A stretch of DNA of 63,928 nucleotides, the filler included. It is 5 parts of 5 records of this genome, joined end to end, with 100 filler letters (N's around TTAATTAATTAA, not from the genome) between each part and the next. Parts side by side here need not be neighbours in the genome. Positions count along the whole stretch, not along the records: positions 17,557 to 42,290 come from SRR31156797_1459; 4 more parts are not named here. The stretch is one strand, 5' to 3'. Each line of letters begins with the position of its first letter. Positions within the stretch are counted from its first letter, which is position 1. Both the position numbers and the translations under genes were made by a program. Under the pieces are notes generated by a model, which did no database searches, was not told the DNA's origin, and saw only the letters and a list, made by a program, of their open reading frames with translations. This document shows, one piece after another, positions 21,010 to 32,109 of this stretch.

Positions 21010-21654
21010 ATGCGATTCAGGATTTTCATACTTGTTGTCTCAGTATTGCTTTCATTCAGCTCCATGGCGGTGGCTGATGAGCTAACCACCGAGATTCAAA
21101 AAACATACGATTCCATTAAAACTTTCAGTGCTGATTTTACCCAGACTTTGACCAATGCTGCAAGTAAGGAACAGGATATCCGTTCCGGAAAGATTACTTT
21201 TAAGCAGCCTTCATTGCTGCGCTGGGAATCAGTAAAGCCCGAACCGGAATTACTGATTGTGGGCGAATCCGTTGTCTGGGACTACTTCCCTGAAGACAAA
21301 TTGGCTCTTAAATACCGTACCCAGCAGCTCTTTAATTCTAAAACCATGATCAAATTCATCTCTGGACAGGCCAAGCTTGAAGAGGATTTTGTGGTCGAAA
21401 ATCAAGGTGAAGAGAATGGGCTGATCAAGCTTAAATTATTGCCCCTTGAACCGGAAACAGGCATGGTGCTAGCTTTTGCATGGATTGACCCAGAAAGGAA
21501 GATGATGAGCAAAGTGCTGGTGGTTGATTTCTACGGTAACGGTAATGAAGTTGCCATGAGTAATATTGAGATTGATCCCGATGTGGACGACGCTCAGTTC
21601 CAGTTTACCCCGCCTGAGGGTGTGGATGTGGAAGACAACACTCAGAATCAGTAG
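21010..21654 (+). CDS. lolA: Outer-membrane lipoprotein carrier LolA
   Basis: Signal peptide, ADFTQ, QPSLLRW, FQFTPPEGVDV; near ftsK. Confidence 0.88.
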   Translation: MRFRIFILVVSVLLSFSSMAVADELTTEIQKTYDSIKTFSADFTQTLTNAASKEQDIRSGKITFKQPSLLRWESVKPEPELLIVGESVVWDYFPEDKLALKYRTQQLFNSKTMIKFISGQAKLEEDFVVENQGEENGLIKLKLLPLEPETGMVLAFAWIDPERKMMSKVLVVDFYGNGNEVAMSNIEIDPDVDDAQFQFTPPEGVDVEDNTQNQ

Positions 21655-21667
21655 TTTAATTAGTACG

Positions 21668-21709
21668 AAAAAAGGGCCGGATTTGATAATCAAATCCGGC
21701 CCTTTTTTT
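21668..21709. terminator. Bidirectional terminator
   Basis: AAAAAGGGCCGGATTTG..CAAATCCGGCCCTTTTT. Confidence 0.8.
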
Positions 21710-22464
21710 TATTTCAGCTTCAAATCTTTTTTAAGCAGGGTCAGTTCTTTTGCGTTCAGCTCCCGCCATTTTCCGGGCTTGAGGTTACCCAGTTCAATGC
21801 GGCCTTGGCGAACCCTTTTGAGGCGCAGGATGGTCTTACCAAATTCATCGAACATACGTCTGATCTGACGATTGATGCCTTGGCGCAGCTCCATTTCATA
21901 TTTAATGGTCTCGCCCACCTCGGAAACAATCTTGATTTTGACTGGAGCGAGCAGTTCTCCTTTGTCTTCCAAGAACATGCCGTTTATCATTACTGACATT
22001 TCCTTTTCGGAAAGCTTGCCGCGAATGGTCACGTGGTAAATTTTAGGCAGGTGCCACTTAGGGTGGGTCATGCGATTGCATAGTTCGCCGTCAGTGGTCA
22101 AAAGGAGCAGTCCTTCGGAGTAGAAGTCCAATCTGCCCACGGGAAAGACCCTGCGTTTGATGATCTCATCCGGCAGCAGGTCGAGTACGGTCTTGCGGCC
22201 CTGCGGATCTTTGGCAGTGGTCACGGTCTCGATAGTTTTGTGCAGCAATATATACAAGTCCTTGGATTTCTCATCGTGCTGAACAAGTTTTCCATTGACT
22301 TCCACACGATCATTTTCAGGATCAACCTGAATACCTGGGGAGTTCGCGAGATCACCATTGATTTTCACCTTGCCCTTCTGGACAAGTTCATCAGCCCCAC
22401 GCCGGGAAGCGATCCCGGCGGAGGCAATATATTTATTGAGTCTGATTGTTTGTTTATCGGTCAT
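21709..22464 (-). CDS. rRNA pseudouridine synthase (RluB/RsuA family)
   Basis: S4 domain (RLNKYIA..SRR), PVGRLD, GLLLLT, RQIRRM. Confidence 0.9.
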   Translation of the reverse strand: MTDKQTIRLNKYIASAGIASRRGADELVQKGKVKINGDLANSPGIQVDPENDRVEVNGKLVQHDEKSKDLYILLHKTIETVTTAKDPQGRKTVLDLLPDEIIKRRVFPVGRLDFYSEGLLLLTTDGELCNRMTHPKWHLPKIYHVTIRGKLSEKEMSVMINGMFLEDKGELLAPVKIKIVSEVGETIKYEMELRQGINRQIRRMFDEFGKTILRLKRVRQGRIELGNLKPGKWRELNAKELTLLKKDLKLK

Positions 22465-22474
22465 GTCGGCTTTC

Positions 22475-23095
22475 TTAAGCCTTAATTACCTTGCTGGCAA
22501 GCTGCATGCTAGTGACTACGTCAAGCATGTTTGTGGTTTCGCCTACTTTCTTTTTGTCGAGCAGGTCAAAATGGTCGAGGCAGGTGCCACATACGAGGAT
22601 GGAAACCCCAGTTTTTTCAAGGTCTTGAAGCTTTTCAAGGCATTTGCTGCCTTCAGTGGCCAGTTTGACCGCTCCGTTGACCATGATAATGCGCCAAAGG
22701 GTGTCACCCAGTTCGGGCAGGGTGGAGATGAAGTTGAACATGAGTCCGGCACCGAGTTTATCGTCACCGTTACCTAAAACTTCACTGTTCAGAAAAACTA
22801 GGGTCTTGCTTCTAACTTTTGAAATTTCGTCATCACTCATTACTTCACAGACTTCGCACTCCGCAGAAGATTCAGCAGAAACGTCTTTTTTGCCTTTAAC
22901 CACGAACAGATCACCTTTATCTTTTATGCTGACTTCGTAGCCTTTGGTAGTCATGAAACGGGATACGTTCTCTTTTGCCGCCTCGTTATCAACTGTGATT
23001 TTAATTTTGGCTGGATTTTCGGATTCAATGGCATTCTTGCACTTGAGTACCGGCTGCGGACAGGGCAGCCCTTTACAATCTATTTTTACTGACAT
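22475..23095 (-). CDS. yedF: Sulfurtransferase-like selenium metabolism protein YedF
   Basis: TusA-like GLPCPQP plus DsrE-like VCGTCL, TNM. Confidence 0.85.
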   Translation of the reverse strand: MSVKIDCKGLPCPQPVLKCKNAIESENPAKIKITVDNEAAKENVSRFMTTKGYEVSIKDKGDLFVVKGKKDVSAESSAECEVCEVMSDDEISKVRSKTLVFLNSEVLGNGDDKLGAGLMFNFISTLPELGDTLWRIIMVNGAVKLATEGSKCLEKLQDLEKTGVSILVCGTCLDHFDLLDKKKVGETTNMLDVVTSMQLASKVIKA

Positions 23096-23281
23096 TTAAA
23101 CTCTCCTTTTGGATAATTTAAGATAACAGTCAGTGCTTTAGGGTCAAATTGATTAATCTAATAGATAACCCTCTCGGTTATCAGCTAAATCTATCTTTGC
23201 AGAATAGACACTTGCGATTGCCGCCAATGAGAAGTAAGGAAATAGCGCAATCGGCATTCAGCCATAATAAAGGAGTCTAAT

Positions 23282-25045
23282 TTGCCTAAAGGCGGAAAAT
23301 ATAGCTATCTGAAAAACAAACACCTTATTAAAAGGTGTCTTTCATATTTCGGACCGTATAAATTCAAGATTTTTGTTGCTTTTGTTTCCATGGGAATCGT
23401 TGCTGCCGCAACAGCAGCAACTGCTTACCTGATTCAGCCGGCCATGGATGATATTTTCATCAATAAGGACCGTGAGGCCCTGATGATGGTGCCTATCGCT
23501 TTTGTTGCGGTTATGTTGATCAAGGGGGTCTTCCGGTTTTTGCAGACCTATTTGATGAACAGTACCGGGCTGTTAGTGCTTGAACGGCTTAGAAATGATC
23601 TTTTCACCAAGATCATCTGCTTGCCTATGGATTTCTTCGAAGAGAGTCAGGTGGGCATGCTCATGTCCCGTATCCTGAACGATGTTATTGAAATCCGGGC
23701 CAGCCTGCCTTCATTTATTATGATGATTCGTGAGGCCTGTACCATTATCTGCCTGATCGGTCTGGTCTTTTACCGTGATCCTTATCTGGCAGCTTTTGCC
23801 GTTCTAGTTCTGCCGCTGGCTATTTTTCCGTTTTTTTATTTCGGGAGAAAGCTGCGTAAGCTGGGTCGCAAAAACCAGAGTAAGATTTCTGACATCAACG
23901 CCCTGTTGCAGGAAAGTTTCAGTGGGGTAAAGGTCATTAAGGCCTTTGCCAATGAAAAACGCGAGAGTGACAAATTTTCAGAGGAAAACGGACGATTGGT
24001 CCGTATTGCCATCAAAGAAGTTCTGAACAGCGAATTATCATCCAGAATCATGGAAATTGTGGGTGCTTTCGGAATCGGCCTTGTGCTTTGGTACGGTGGG
24101 GCGCAGGTAATCGAAGGGCATTCCACCCCGGGTACTTTCTTTTCATTTATCGCTGCCTTGGTCATGCTTTATGAGCCGATTAAAAAGATGAACACCTCCA
24201 ACCATACCATCCAGCGCGCACTTGCCGGGGCGGAAAGGGTCTTTGAGATTCTCGATTCTCCGAATATCAATGTGGAGCAGGGCGGTTCCGTGGAGTTGGA
24301 ACAGGATTTTAAAAGGCTGGAAATCAAAGATTTGACCTTCAGTTATCCTTCTTCTGAACAGCCTGTGTTGGATAATATCAACCTTGATGTTGAAGCAGGA
24401 CAGAAGATCGCCATTGTCGGTCCCAGCGGGTCGGGCAAAACTACACTGGTCAACTTGATTCCCCGGTTTTACGATGCTCATCAAGGAACAATTAGAATCA
24501 ACGGTAGAGCTGTTAATGAGTATTCATTAAAATCCCTACGTTTGAATATTGGCATGGTTTCTCAGGAAACATTTCTTTTTAATGCATCCGTGCGTGATAA
24601 CATTGCGTATGTCAGTCAGGATGCTTCTCTTGAAAGTGTTCAGGCAAGCGCCAAGAATGCATTTGCCCATGAGTTTGTGGAAAGACTGCCCGAAGGTTAT
24701 GAAACCATGGTCGGTGAACGCGGAGTAAGGCTTTCCGGCGGTCAGAAACAGCGTCTGACTATCGCTCGCGCACTGCTTAAGAACCCTCCGTTACTCATCC
24801 TTGATGAGGCCACCAGTGCCCTTGATACCGAGGCTGAGCGTATTGTACAGATGGCTCTTGAGAACCTTATGAAGGACAGGACCAGTATCGTGATTGCCCA
24901 TAGGCTTTCTACTGTACTCTCTGCCGATGTAATTGTGGTTATGGAAAAAGGTAAGATTGTTTCCAAAGGAAGCCACAAGGAGCTTCTGGAAAAATGTCCG
25001 CTGTACATCAAGCTTTACAACATGCAGTTTCAGGATAACGCTTAG
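23282..25045 (+). CDS. msbA: Lipid A/ABC exporter, MsbA-like
   Basis: TMD plus GPSGSGKT, LSGGQKQR, DEATSALD; next to a DUF374 gene. Confidence 0.8.
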   Translation: MPKGGKYSYLKNKHLIKRCLSYFGPYKFKIFVAFVSMGIVAAATAATAYLIQPAMDDIFINKDREALMMVPIAFVAVMLIKGVFRFLQTYLMNSTGLLVLERLRNDLFTKIICLPMDFFEESQVGMLMSRILNDVIEIRASLPSFIMMIREACTIICLIGLVFYRDPYLAAFAVLVLPLAIFPFFYFGRKLRKLGRKNQSKISDINALLQESFSGVKVIKAFANEKRESDKFSEENGRLVRIAIKEVLNSELSSRIMEIVGAFGIGLVLWYGGAQVIEGHSTPGTFFSFIAALVMLYEPIKKMNTSNHTIQRALAGAERVFEILDSPNINVEQGGSVELEQDFKRLEIKDLTFSYPSSEQPVLDNINLDVEAGQKIAIVGPSGSGKTTLVNLIPRFYDAHQGTIRINGRAVNEYSLKSLRLNIGMVSQETFLFNASVRDNIAYVSQDASLESVQASAKNAFAHEFVERLPEGYETMVGERGVRLSGGQKQRLTIARALLKNPPLLILDEATSALDTEAERIVQMALENLMKDRTSIVIAHRLSTVLSADVIVVMEKGKIVSKGSHKELLEKCPLYIKLYNMQFQDNA

Positions 25046-25047
25046 TC

Positions 25048-25689
25048 ATGAAAATCAAGATTGATCCGGTTATATTCGCGCCGCAGGTTGCTTTTCTGTA
25101 CCGCTGGTGGGTACGTTCCATGCGTTTTGATATTGATGGGTATGAGAATGTCATCAGTCTGCATGAACAGGGGAAGCCGCTTATGTTGGCTTTGTGGCAC
25201 AATGAGTTGTTCAGCCTGATCGGTCTTGGTTTTTTGGAAAAATTGCCATTGGTGACCATGGCCAGCGACAGTAAAGACGGGCAGATCATCACCGAAGTGC
25301 TTGAGCGTATAGGTTATGAAGTTGCGCGCGGTTCTTCTACTCGTGGCGGATTGAAAGCCATGCTCGGCGTGGCTCGGGTCATGCGTAAAAAAAATAAGGT
25401 AGGTGCCATCACCATGGATGGTCCCAAGGGACCGCGCCATGAGGTTAAGCCCGGGATTCTTGCAATTGCCCAGAAAACAGGGGCTTCTATTATTCCCATG
25501 CGGGCCTATCCTTCAAATCCTATTGTTTTTGAAAAGTCGTGGGACAGGTTTGAACTGCCCAAGCCTTTTATGCCTTGCAAAGTTTTGTTGGGAGAACCTT
25601 TTGAGGTTACTGATCAAAAGCTTGATGAAGAAATACTTGCCAGCGAGGCCCGTCGCCTTGAAGCAATTATGGCAAGCATGACGCCGTAG
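25048..25689 (+). CDS. DUF374 / lysophospholipid acyltransferase-family protein
   Basis: WH, SDSKDG, RGSSTRGG, DGPKGP, SWDRF..PKPF. Confidence 0.8.
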   Translation: MKIKIDPVIFAPQVAFLYRWWVRSMRFDIDGYENVISLHEQGKPLMLALWHNELFSLIGLGFLEKLPLVTMASDSKDGQIITEVLERIGYEVARGSSTRGGLKAMLGVARVMRKKNKVGAITMDGPKGPRHEVKPGILAIAQKTGASIIPMRAYPSNPIVFEKSWDRFELPKPFMPCKVLLGEPFEVTDQKLDEEILASEARRLEAIMASMTP

Positions 25690-25711
25690 ACGGTGCTTTA
25701 TAAAAATTCTG

Positions 25712-25750
25712 AAGCCGCCCTGTTCCGTTAGTGGAGCAGGGCGGCTTTTA
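25712..25750. terminator. Terminator hairpin
   Basis: AAGCCGCCCTG..CAGGGCGGCTTTT between convergent genes. Confidence 0.7.
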
Positions 25751-25770
25751 TTTGGTCAAATTTCGTAAAT

Positions 25771-28206
25771 TTATATGCCGGCGGCATTACTAAGTCGTTC
25801 AATGAGTTTTTCCAGTTCCTGTGCTGTTCTTGCCAATGAAGTAATGGATTTTGCTGATTTTTGCATGTCTGATTTGGTGTCTCCGGCCAGCATTTTTAGA
25901 TCTTCCACACTCTTGTGAATCTGGTCGTGGGCTTCGGACTGTTGGTCTGTGGCTTGGGCTATTCTTCCAATTTCAGTGGCTGTGTCTACTGACATCCCTG
26001 AAATTTCCTGAAATGCCTGCACTGATTTTTCTACCAAACCACTGGCGTGTTCTACTGCATCAACTGTTTGGTTTGTATTTTCAATATTGGATTTAGCAGA
26101 ACCTTGGATGCCTTTGATTGCGTCTTCTACTTCCCGTGTAGACTGCATGGTCTTTTCCGCCAGTTTGCGAACTTCATCAGCTACAACCGCAAAGCCTCGT
26201 CCGGCTTCTCCAGCACGGGCCGCTTCGATTGCTGCGTTCAAGGCCAGCAGGTTGGTTTGGTCGGCAATATCATTGATTACTCCGATGATCCCGCCGATGG
26301 ACTGACTCTGTTTACCTAGCTGGTACATATTGCTCTTTACTGTGTCAGACAGGGCCTGCAGTTGATCGATTGCCACGCTGGTCTCGGTCATGGTCTGCAT
26401 GCCGTCTTCAGCGCGGACGCGGGTTTGTTTGGCTTGGTCCGCTGCATTTTCGGCATTAGTTACTGAGTTAAGCAGGGTTTGGTTCATTTCAGTGATTGCC
26501 TGCGATGAGTATTCAATACGGTCGAATTGTTTTTCTGTGTTTGAGGAAACCTGATCAACTTGCGTTTCAATTTCGGAAGCGCCTTTGGTTAGGTATTTAG
26601 AAATAGATTGCGCCTTTTCGGTTATTTCCACCATGACTTTGTGCTGTGCATTTATCTGTTCTTCCTTGGTTTTCATATCACTCAGGTCAACAATGACAGC
26701 GAATCCACCGATGAGTTCATGATCAAGATCATAGAGCGGAGCAGCGTCAATACGGACATCGCGGTAGTTATCTTTTTTGGTTTTCCAGCGTCGTTCAATA
26801 TTAACTATGGGCTGCTTTTCATCAAGGCAGCGGGTCAGGATTCCTTTTTCTCCGGGAGGAGCTTGCAGAAGTTCTTTTACCGGACGACCGATCCAACTTT
26901 CACAAGTTTTTCCGCTTTCCAGTAATTCACAGAGCGGCTGGTTCAGATATGTAATTTTGGCATCATTATCAGAGATGAGGCAGGGGACTGTCAGACCGTC
27001 TAGCATGCCTTGTGAGAAACCGAGCTTGTTTTTCAGTTCTGCTACCATGATTTGAATTCCATCAGCCAGTTTTTTGATTTCACTTTTAAATTTACCTTCA
27101 AGGTTTGCTTTAAAATCACCACTGGCAATGGCAGTAACAAATCTTTCAATTCGTTCAAGCGGATCTAGGATGGAGCAGCGCAAGAAAATAAGAGTAACCA
27201 GCACAACAATAACAGCCGTAATCCCCGAGAGAATCAGGGCAAAAGTTCTGAGAGTTGTTACCGCTTGAAATGCTTCTTCTTTATGAATTTCAGAAATTAG
27301 TGCCCAGCGTGTTTTGCCGATTTCAATGGGAGCGAAAGCGACAAGCTGTTCATTGTCGTTTAAATCCTTAATAAGGTCTGTATCGCTTTTGCCTTCCATA
27401 GCTAATTTAACTGCTGCGGATTCAATTCTTCCTTTGTGCTGGTTTTTGAAAGAATTATTTACCCTGCGATCAGGGTTAATCTCAGAGTCTGAACGCATCA
27501 GGAAGTCAGGACCTACAAGGTAAGACTCCCCGGTTTCACCCATGCCAGTACGCAAGGTCATGATGGAATTGATTTCCTTGAGCGAAATTCGCAAGGCAAC
27601 AACGCCTTGAATGTCTCCGGCGTGTGAATGAACCGGAGCACAGACAAAAGCAACCGGAGAGCCACCCATGGGAGCGTAGGGTTCGAAGTCTGCAAACACT
27701 ATTTCGCCTTTGACTGCCTTTTTAAAAGCCCGGGCAAGGTTGGTGTTTTTATACTGACCTTTCTCAAGGTCCGCACCGAGTTCTTTTTCTTTTTTAATGG
27801 AAAGTAGTACCCGACCGTAGTCATTTATAAGAATGGCATCGTCGTAGCCGAGGGTTTTGACGAAGGGAATGAATGGAGTAGCTGCGTATTGGTGTACTTC
27901 CTTATATTCTTCAGATGCAACGTCCAAAGGTTTACCCGGGATTTCATATTCTAAAGCGTATTCACCAATTAAGCCTACTGCGTTGTAGACTTCTTTTACG
28001 TTGGAGAAGAGTTTTACTTCTTGAAACCATTTGTTAACGAGATCTTGCAGGTTTTTCTTTTTAGCGTCACGTACCGATTCTAGCTGTCCAAAAGCTTGGG
28101 CAGACAGGGCTTTTGATGCCATATCAACACTTGATGCACCGACCACTAGTAGTGGAATCAGGCCTATGGCAACGCAGAATGTAATCAGTTTTAATTTTAG
28201 AGACAT
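25771..28206 (-). CDS. Methyl-accepting chemotaxis protein (Cache-HAMP-PAS-MA)
   Basis: Two TM segments, [10 protein letters not shown] Cache motif, [37 protein letters not shown]. Confidence 0.93.
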   Translation of the reverse strand: MSLKLKLITFCVAIGLIPLLVVGASSVDMASKALSAQAFGQLESVRDAKKKNLQDLVNKWFQEVKLFSNVKEVYNAVGLIGEYALEYEIPGKPLDVASEEYKEVHQYAATPFIPFVKTLGYDDAILINDYGRVLLSIKKEKELGADLEKGQYKNTNLARAFKKAVKGEIVFADFEPYAPMGGSPVAFVCAPVHSHAGDIQGVVALRISLKEINSIMTLRTGMGETGESYLVGPDFLMRSDSEINPDRRVNNSFKNQHKGRIESAAVKLAMEGKSDTDLIKDLNDNEQLVAFAPIEIGKTRWALISEIHKEEAFQAVTTLRTFALILSGITAVIVVLVTLIFLRCSILDPLERIERFVTAIASGDFKANLEGKFKSEIKKLADGIQIMVAELKNKLGFSQGMLDGLTVPCLISDNDAKITYLNQPLCELLESGKTCESWIGRPVKELLQAPPGEKGILTRCLDEKQPIVNIERRWKTKKDNYRDVRIDAAPLYDLDHELIGGFAVIVDLSDMKTKEEQINAQHKVMVEITEKAQSISKYLTKGASEIETQVDQVSSNTEKQFDRIEYSSQAITEMNQTLLNSVTNAENAADQAKQTRVRAEDGMQTMTETSVAIDQLQALSDTVKSNMYQLGKQSQSIGGIIGVINDIADQTNLLALNAAIEAARAGEAGRGFAVVADEVRKLAEKTMQSTREVEDAIKGIQGSAKSNIENTNQTVDAVEHASGLVEKSVQAFQEISGMSVDTATEIGRIAQATDQQSEAHDQIHKSVEDLKMLAGDTKSDMQKSAKSITSLARTAQELEKLIERLSNAAGI

Positions 28207-28423
28207 ATAGTGCTCCTCCTCGACTTTGTAGAGGGGAACTTATGTTCATAAGGAAGTCATTGCTATGTCCTGAAGGTTACGTTTGTGTGAATAAATGACG
28301 TTATTTCATGTGGATATCTGTGACTTTAGAAAAAGAGCTTGAGACTGCCCTTAATATTAATTAAAATTTATAAATGAAATTTTTTAGATTATTTTTTATT
28401 CTAAAATGTTTAATTTAAGTGCG

Positions 28424-28453
28424 ATTGACAATCATTTTCGATTAAAATAATCT
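28424..28453 (+). promoter_or_regulatory. Fur-box-like palindrome overlapping a -35 element
   Basis: ATTGACAATCATTTTCGAT (28424-28442); TTGACA-17 nt-TAATCT. Confidence 0.6.
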
Positions 28454-28501
28454 TCCTTCCAGTTCAGCAGTTACAAATTTTGAATAAGTTAGTGGTGATC
28501 C

Positions 28502-29218
28502 ATGAGAAAGATAATTAGTTTTTTTAATAGAAAAAAAGTGGCCGATAATAATGTGGCGAGTATGACGGTTCATCAATTTGCAGAGTCATTGGGCAACGCA
28601 ATTGATGCAAAGGATCATTACACCTGTTCGCATTCAGAGGAAGTCGCTGTTGTGGCGCAAGCCTTGGGAGTTCAGCTTGGTTTGGATGAACAGGAATGTG
28701 AGTTGTTACACATTGCTGGCCACCTTCATGATATCGGGAAAATCGGGTTGCCTGATTCTATTCTTAAAAAAGAAGGTCGGTTGACACTTGAGGAATATGA
28801 AACCGTTAAGCAACATCCTGCCATGGGTGCTGAAATTGTAAAACCGGTAGCTACGGTTTCCGGACTGGATCGTATTACCGGGATAATTCTTCATCACCAT
28901 GAAAGATTCGACGGAGCAGGGTACCCTTATGCTCTTAAAGGTGAGCGCATCCCTTTCGGAGCGAGGGTTATTGCTGTTGCAGACACCCTTTCTGCAATGG
29001 CCAGCAATCGTCCTTACCGCAAGGCGATAGAATTCAGTAAAATAGTTGAGGAAATTAAAGCTTGTTCCGGGACTCAGTTTGATCCTGTCGTGGTAGATGC
29101 ATTTTTGAATATAGCGGATAAAATTGAAGAATATTTTCTCCAGGGAAACTCTTTTGCAGAAGAGCATGATCCCCGGAGGATTAGTGTTCCTGAACAGTCT
29201 GTTCTAGTGCATCAATGA
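28502..29218 (+). CDS. Stand-alone HD-GYP phosphodiesterase
   Basis: HSEEV, LHDIGK, HHERFDGAGYP, RPYR, GTQFDP. Confidence 0.92.
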   Translation: MRKIISFFNRKKVADNNVASMTVHQFAESLGNAIDAKDHYTCSHSEEVAVVAQALGVQLGLDEQECELLHIAGHLHDIGKIGLPDSILKKEGRLTLEEYETVKQHPAMGAEIVKPVATVSGLDRITGIILHHHERFDGAGYPYALKGERIPFGARVIAVADTLSAMASNRPYRKAIEFSKIVEEIKACSGTQFDPVVVDAFLNIADKIEEYFLQGNSFAEEHDPRRISVPEQSVLVHQ

Positions 29219-30105
29219 TGCGATCCTTTGTGAATGTTTATCCTTTTTTCAAGTTCACGAACCCCGAGTGAACATGGAAAGGTTAGGATAAAATACATGA
29301 TGATTACCAGGGTCCAAATTTCGAAAGTTCTGTAGGTGGCGGACATTAGTTCCTGTCCGGCAAAGGTGAGTTCCTGAATGGAAATTACCGAGACAATGGA
29401 CGAGTCCTTGATTGTTGAGATGAATTGTCCAGCCAGTGGCGGCAGGGAACGTGAAAAAGCTTGCGGTAGAATGATATGGATCAACTGATTTCGGCGGTTG
29501 AAGCCAAGTGCTGCTGAAGCTTCCCATTGTTCCTTATCGATTGATTCAATACCTGCCCTGACAATTTCAGTGATGTATGCTCCCTCAAAAAGAGCCATGG
29601 TCAGCACTCCGGACAGAAAGGCCGGAAGTTGTTCAATCGGACCGAAGAGGGTAGTTAAAATTGGTGAAGTGCTATCATCAAGAGAGTATGAAAGTTCGGT
29701 AATTCCGGTTGCCTGCATGATCTGATCGCCGAGGAAGAAATAAAATATAAAGATCAGCACCAGCGGTGGTATATTTCGAACCAGTCCTACATAGCTGCTG
29801 GAAATCATGCGCAGTAAAGGTCTCGGACTGATCCTCCACATGCCCATAACAGTCCCGGCCAGAAGCGCCAGCAGGATGGACCAGAGTGAAAGACGTAGGG
29901 TAACCAGCAACCCCTGTGTGAGCATGCCTGCTCTCCAGTCTCCTGAATTGCTGTCATAACGGGCGATATAATCAGGAATTACGGACCAGTCCCAATTGTA
30001 ATTCAGGCCTTGAGCCAGATGCCAGAAAGTGAAAAGAACTCCTCCCATGATGCACGCAAGAAGCAGAATATCACGGGAGGAGATTTTGTTTTGTGAATCA
30101 AACAT
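29212..30105 (-). CDS. Polar amino-acid ABC permease
   Basis: RNIPPLV, EIVRAGI, QWEASAALG, KDSS. Confidence 0.9.
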   Translation of the reverse strand: MFDSQNKISSRDILLLACIMGGVLFTFWHLAQGLNYNWDWSVIPDYIARYDSNSGDWRAGMLTQGLLVTLRLSLWSILLALLAGTVMGMWRISPRPLLRMISSSYVGLVRNIPPLVLIFIFYFFLGDQIMQATGITELSYSLDDSTSPILTTLFGPIEQLPAFLSGVLTMALFEGAYITEIVRAGIESIDKEQWEASAALGFNRRNQLIHIILPQAFSRSLPPLAGQFISTIKDSSIVSVISIQELTFAGQELMSATYRTFEIWTLVIIMYFILTFPCSLGVRELEKRINIHKGSHH

Positions 30106-30113
30106 TTATAAAA

Positions 30114-30998
30114 CTATTTTACCTGTTCCTTCCAAGCGTCGCTCTTGAACCAGTAGTCATAACGGTTTTTGAGCCAGCCGTCAGAATCACAGATCCTTAT
30201 CCAGTTGTTAAGGTAAGTTAAGAAGTTATAGTCGCCTTTTCGAACAGCAAACCCACTTGGTTCACGGGCGAATCCAGTCTTCAAGGGCAGATACAGCCTG
30301 TCGGAATACTTTTGTGCGAGTTTTTCCGGAAGGGGCTGCGACGCCATAAGGCAGTTTATCTGGCCGTCGACTAATCCCTTAATAGATGCATCTTCGTCGC
30401 TGAAGGTTATAACTGTTGCCTTAGGGATATAGTTTTTTACCGCCTTTTCGGCAGTAGTGCCAAGGCGCACACCGACACGAATTTTCGGGCTGTTGAAATC
30501 TTCTAGAGCTGTCAAATGAGCAAAATTACCTATTCTTGCGTTATTGTAATCAGCCCGGGACATTTTTCCTGTGGGGACTCTTTTGTTGGCGACCAAAGAC
30601 ATCATATTGAATTCATAAGGGTCGGAAAAACTAACCTTAAGAATTCGTTCGGGTGTCATGCTCATTCCGCTGATTATTATATCGAACTTGTGTGCGATCA
30701 GAGCGGGAATAATGCCATCCCAATCCGTAGGCACGAAGTTTACTTGCACACCCATATCTGAGGCAAGCCTTCTGGCAACATCGACTTCAAAGCCAATGTA
30801 CTTACCATCTTGGTCTTTCATGGCCCAGGGCTCAAAGATCGAAAATCCAACCTTGAGGGTTTTGCGTTGGAGAATTTTCTCAAGGGTTCCTCCTTTTGAA
30901 AAATCTCGCCCAATGTCTTCAGCCATAACCGGGAAAGCCAGACCAATCGCTAGAATTGCAGCTGCAATGCTTACGCTGAGAGTTTTCCATAGAGTCAT
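30114..30998 (-). CDS. Polar amino-acid ABC substrate-binding protein (paralogue 2)
   Basis: Signal peptide, GFEVD, WDGIIPAL, FSDPY, GFAVRKGD. Confidence 0.9.
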   Translation of the reverse strand: MTLWKTLSVSIAAAILAIGLAFPVMAEDIGRDFSKGGTLEKILQRKTLKVGFSIFEPWAMKDQDGKYIGFEVDVARRLASDMGVQVNFVPTDWDGIIPALIAHKFDIIISGMSMTPERILKVSFSDPYEFNMMSLVANKRVPTGKMSRADYNNARIGNFAHLTALEDFNSPKIRVGVRLGTTAEKAVKNYIPKATVITFSDEDASIKGLVDGQINCLMASQPLPEKLAQKYSDRLYLPLKTGFAREPSGFAVRKGDYNFLTYLNNWIRICDSDGWLKNRYDYWFKSDAWKEQVK

Positions 30999-31247
30999 CG
31001 TAACCTCCGATGGTTTAAATACGCTTTTTCTTTTCGAGAGATGTTGGTGTCGTCATCAAAAAGAAAGCGTTATTTAGGATGGGTCATCTTCATTGTAAGC
31101 TATATTTAAAAATACTGGAAGCGGTCTGTAAAAAAGACATAAGTGTCGCGTCTGATCTAATAAACCAATGCAGAATACTTTAAAACAGCTCCTCTCGCGA
31201 CAGTTATGTCATGAGAGGAGCTTCTTTTGGTTATCTAAGAGGTGTTT

Positions 31248-32081
31248 TTATTCCACTTGAGACTTCCAGTCTTCGGTTTTAAACCAGTAGTTGTAGCGGG
31301 CTTCAAGCCAGCCTTCGGAATTGCAGACCCTGATCCAGTTGTTCAGGTAGTTTAAGAAGTCCGGATCACCTTTTCGGACTGCGAATCCGATGGGTTCGCT
31401 TGTGAAATCCGCTTGCAGGGGCAGGTAGAGCTTATCAGGATATTTTTTTACAAGGGTTTCAGGCAGAGGGTTGGAAGCCACGAGGCAGGCAGCCTTACCG
31501 TTGAGTAGTTCCTGAATGGATGCTGCTTCGTCGTTGAATTTAAGGAGCTTTGCATTGGGCAGGAAGTTTTTAGCTGCTTTTTCAGCTGTGGTGCCGAGAC
31601 GGACCGAAACACGTGTCTCAGCGTTATTGAAGTCAGCCAGTGAAGATTTTCCCGCAGCCACATTTTTGTTGGCCACAATGGACATGCCGCTGAATTCGTA
31701 AGGATCAGAAAAATTGACCTTGAGGTTACGTTTAGGGGTGATGCCCATACCGCCGATAATTATATCGAACTTACCGGTGAGCAGGGCTGGAATAATGCCG
31801 TCCCACTTGGTGGGGATAAAACGTATTTTCACATCCATATCCGAGGCAAGACGCTTCGCCACATCGATTTCAAAACCGATAAACTCACCATTTTTACCTT
31901 TCATGGCCCATGGCTTAAAAGTGGAAAAGCCTACTCGCAGAGTTTCACGTTTAAGGACTTTTTCAAGGGTGCTGTCCTGTGAAAGACTTTGTCTTGCATC
32001 TCCGGCCCAGACGGCGGAAGAGAGGCCCATGATCAGGATCGCGGTAGTAATACCGACGGTGATGGTTCTCCATAAGGTCAT
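31248..32081 (-). CDS. Polar amino-acid ABC substrate-binding protein (paralogue 1)
   Basis: Starts MTLWRT after GGAGG; same SBP_bac_3 motifs. Confidence 0.9.
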   Translation of the reverse strand: MTLWRTITVGITTAILIMGLSSAVWAGDARQSLSQDSTLEKVLKRETLRVGFSTFKPWAMKGKNGEFIGFEIDVAKRLASDMDVKIRFIPTKWDGIIPALLTGKFDIIIGGMGITPKRNLKVNFSDPYEFSGMSIVANKNVAAGKSSLADFNNAETRVSVRLGTTAEKAAKNFLPNAKLLKFNDEAASIQELLNGKAACLVASNPLPETLVKKYPDKLYLPLQADFTSEPIGFAVRKGDPDFLNYLNNWIRVCNSEGWLEARYNYWFKTEDWKSQVE

Positions 32082-32109
32082 TTTTTCCTCCAGATAGTTA
32101 ATACCAGAT

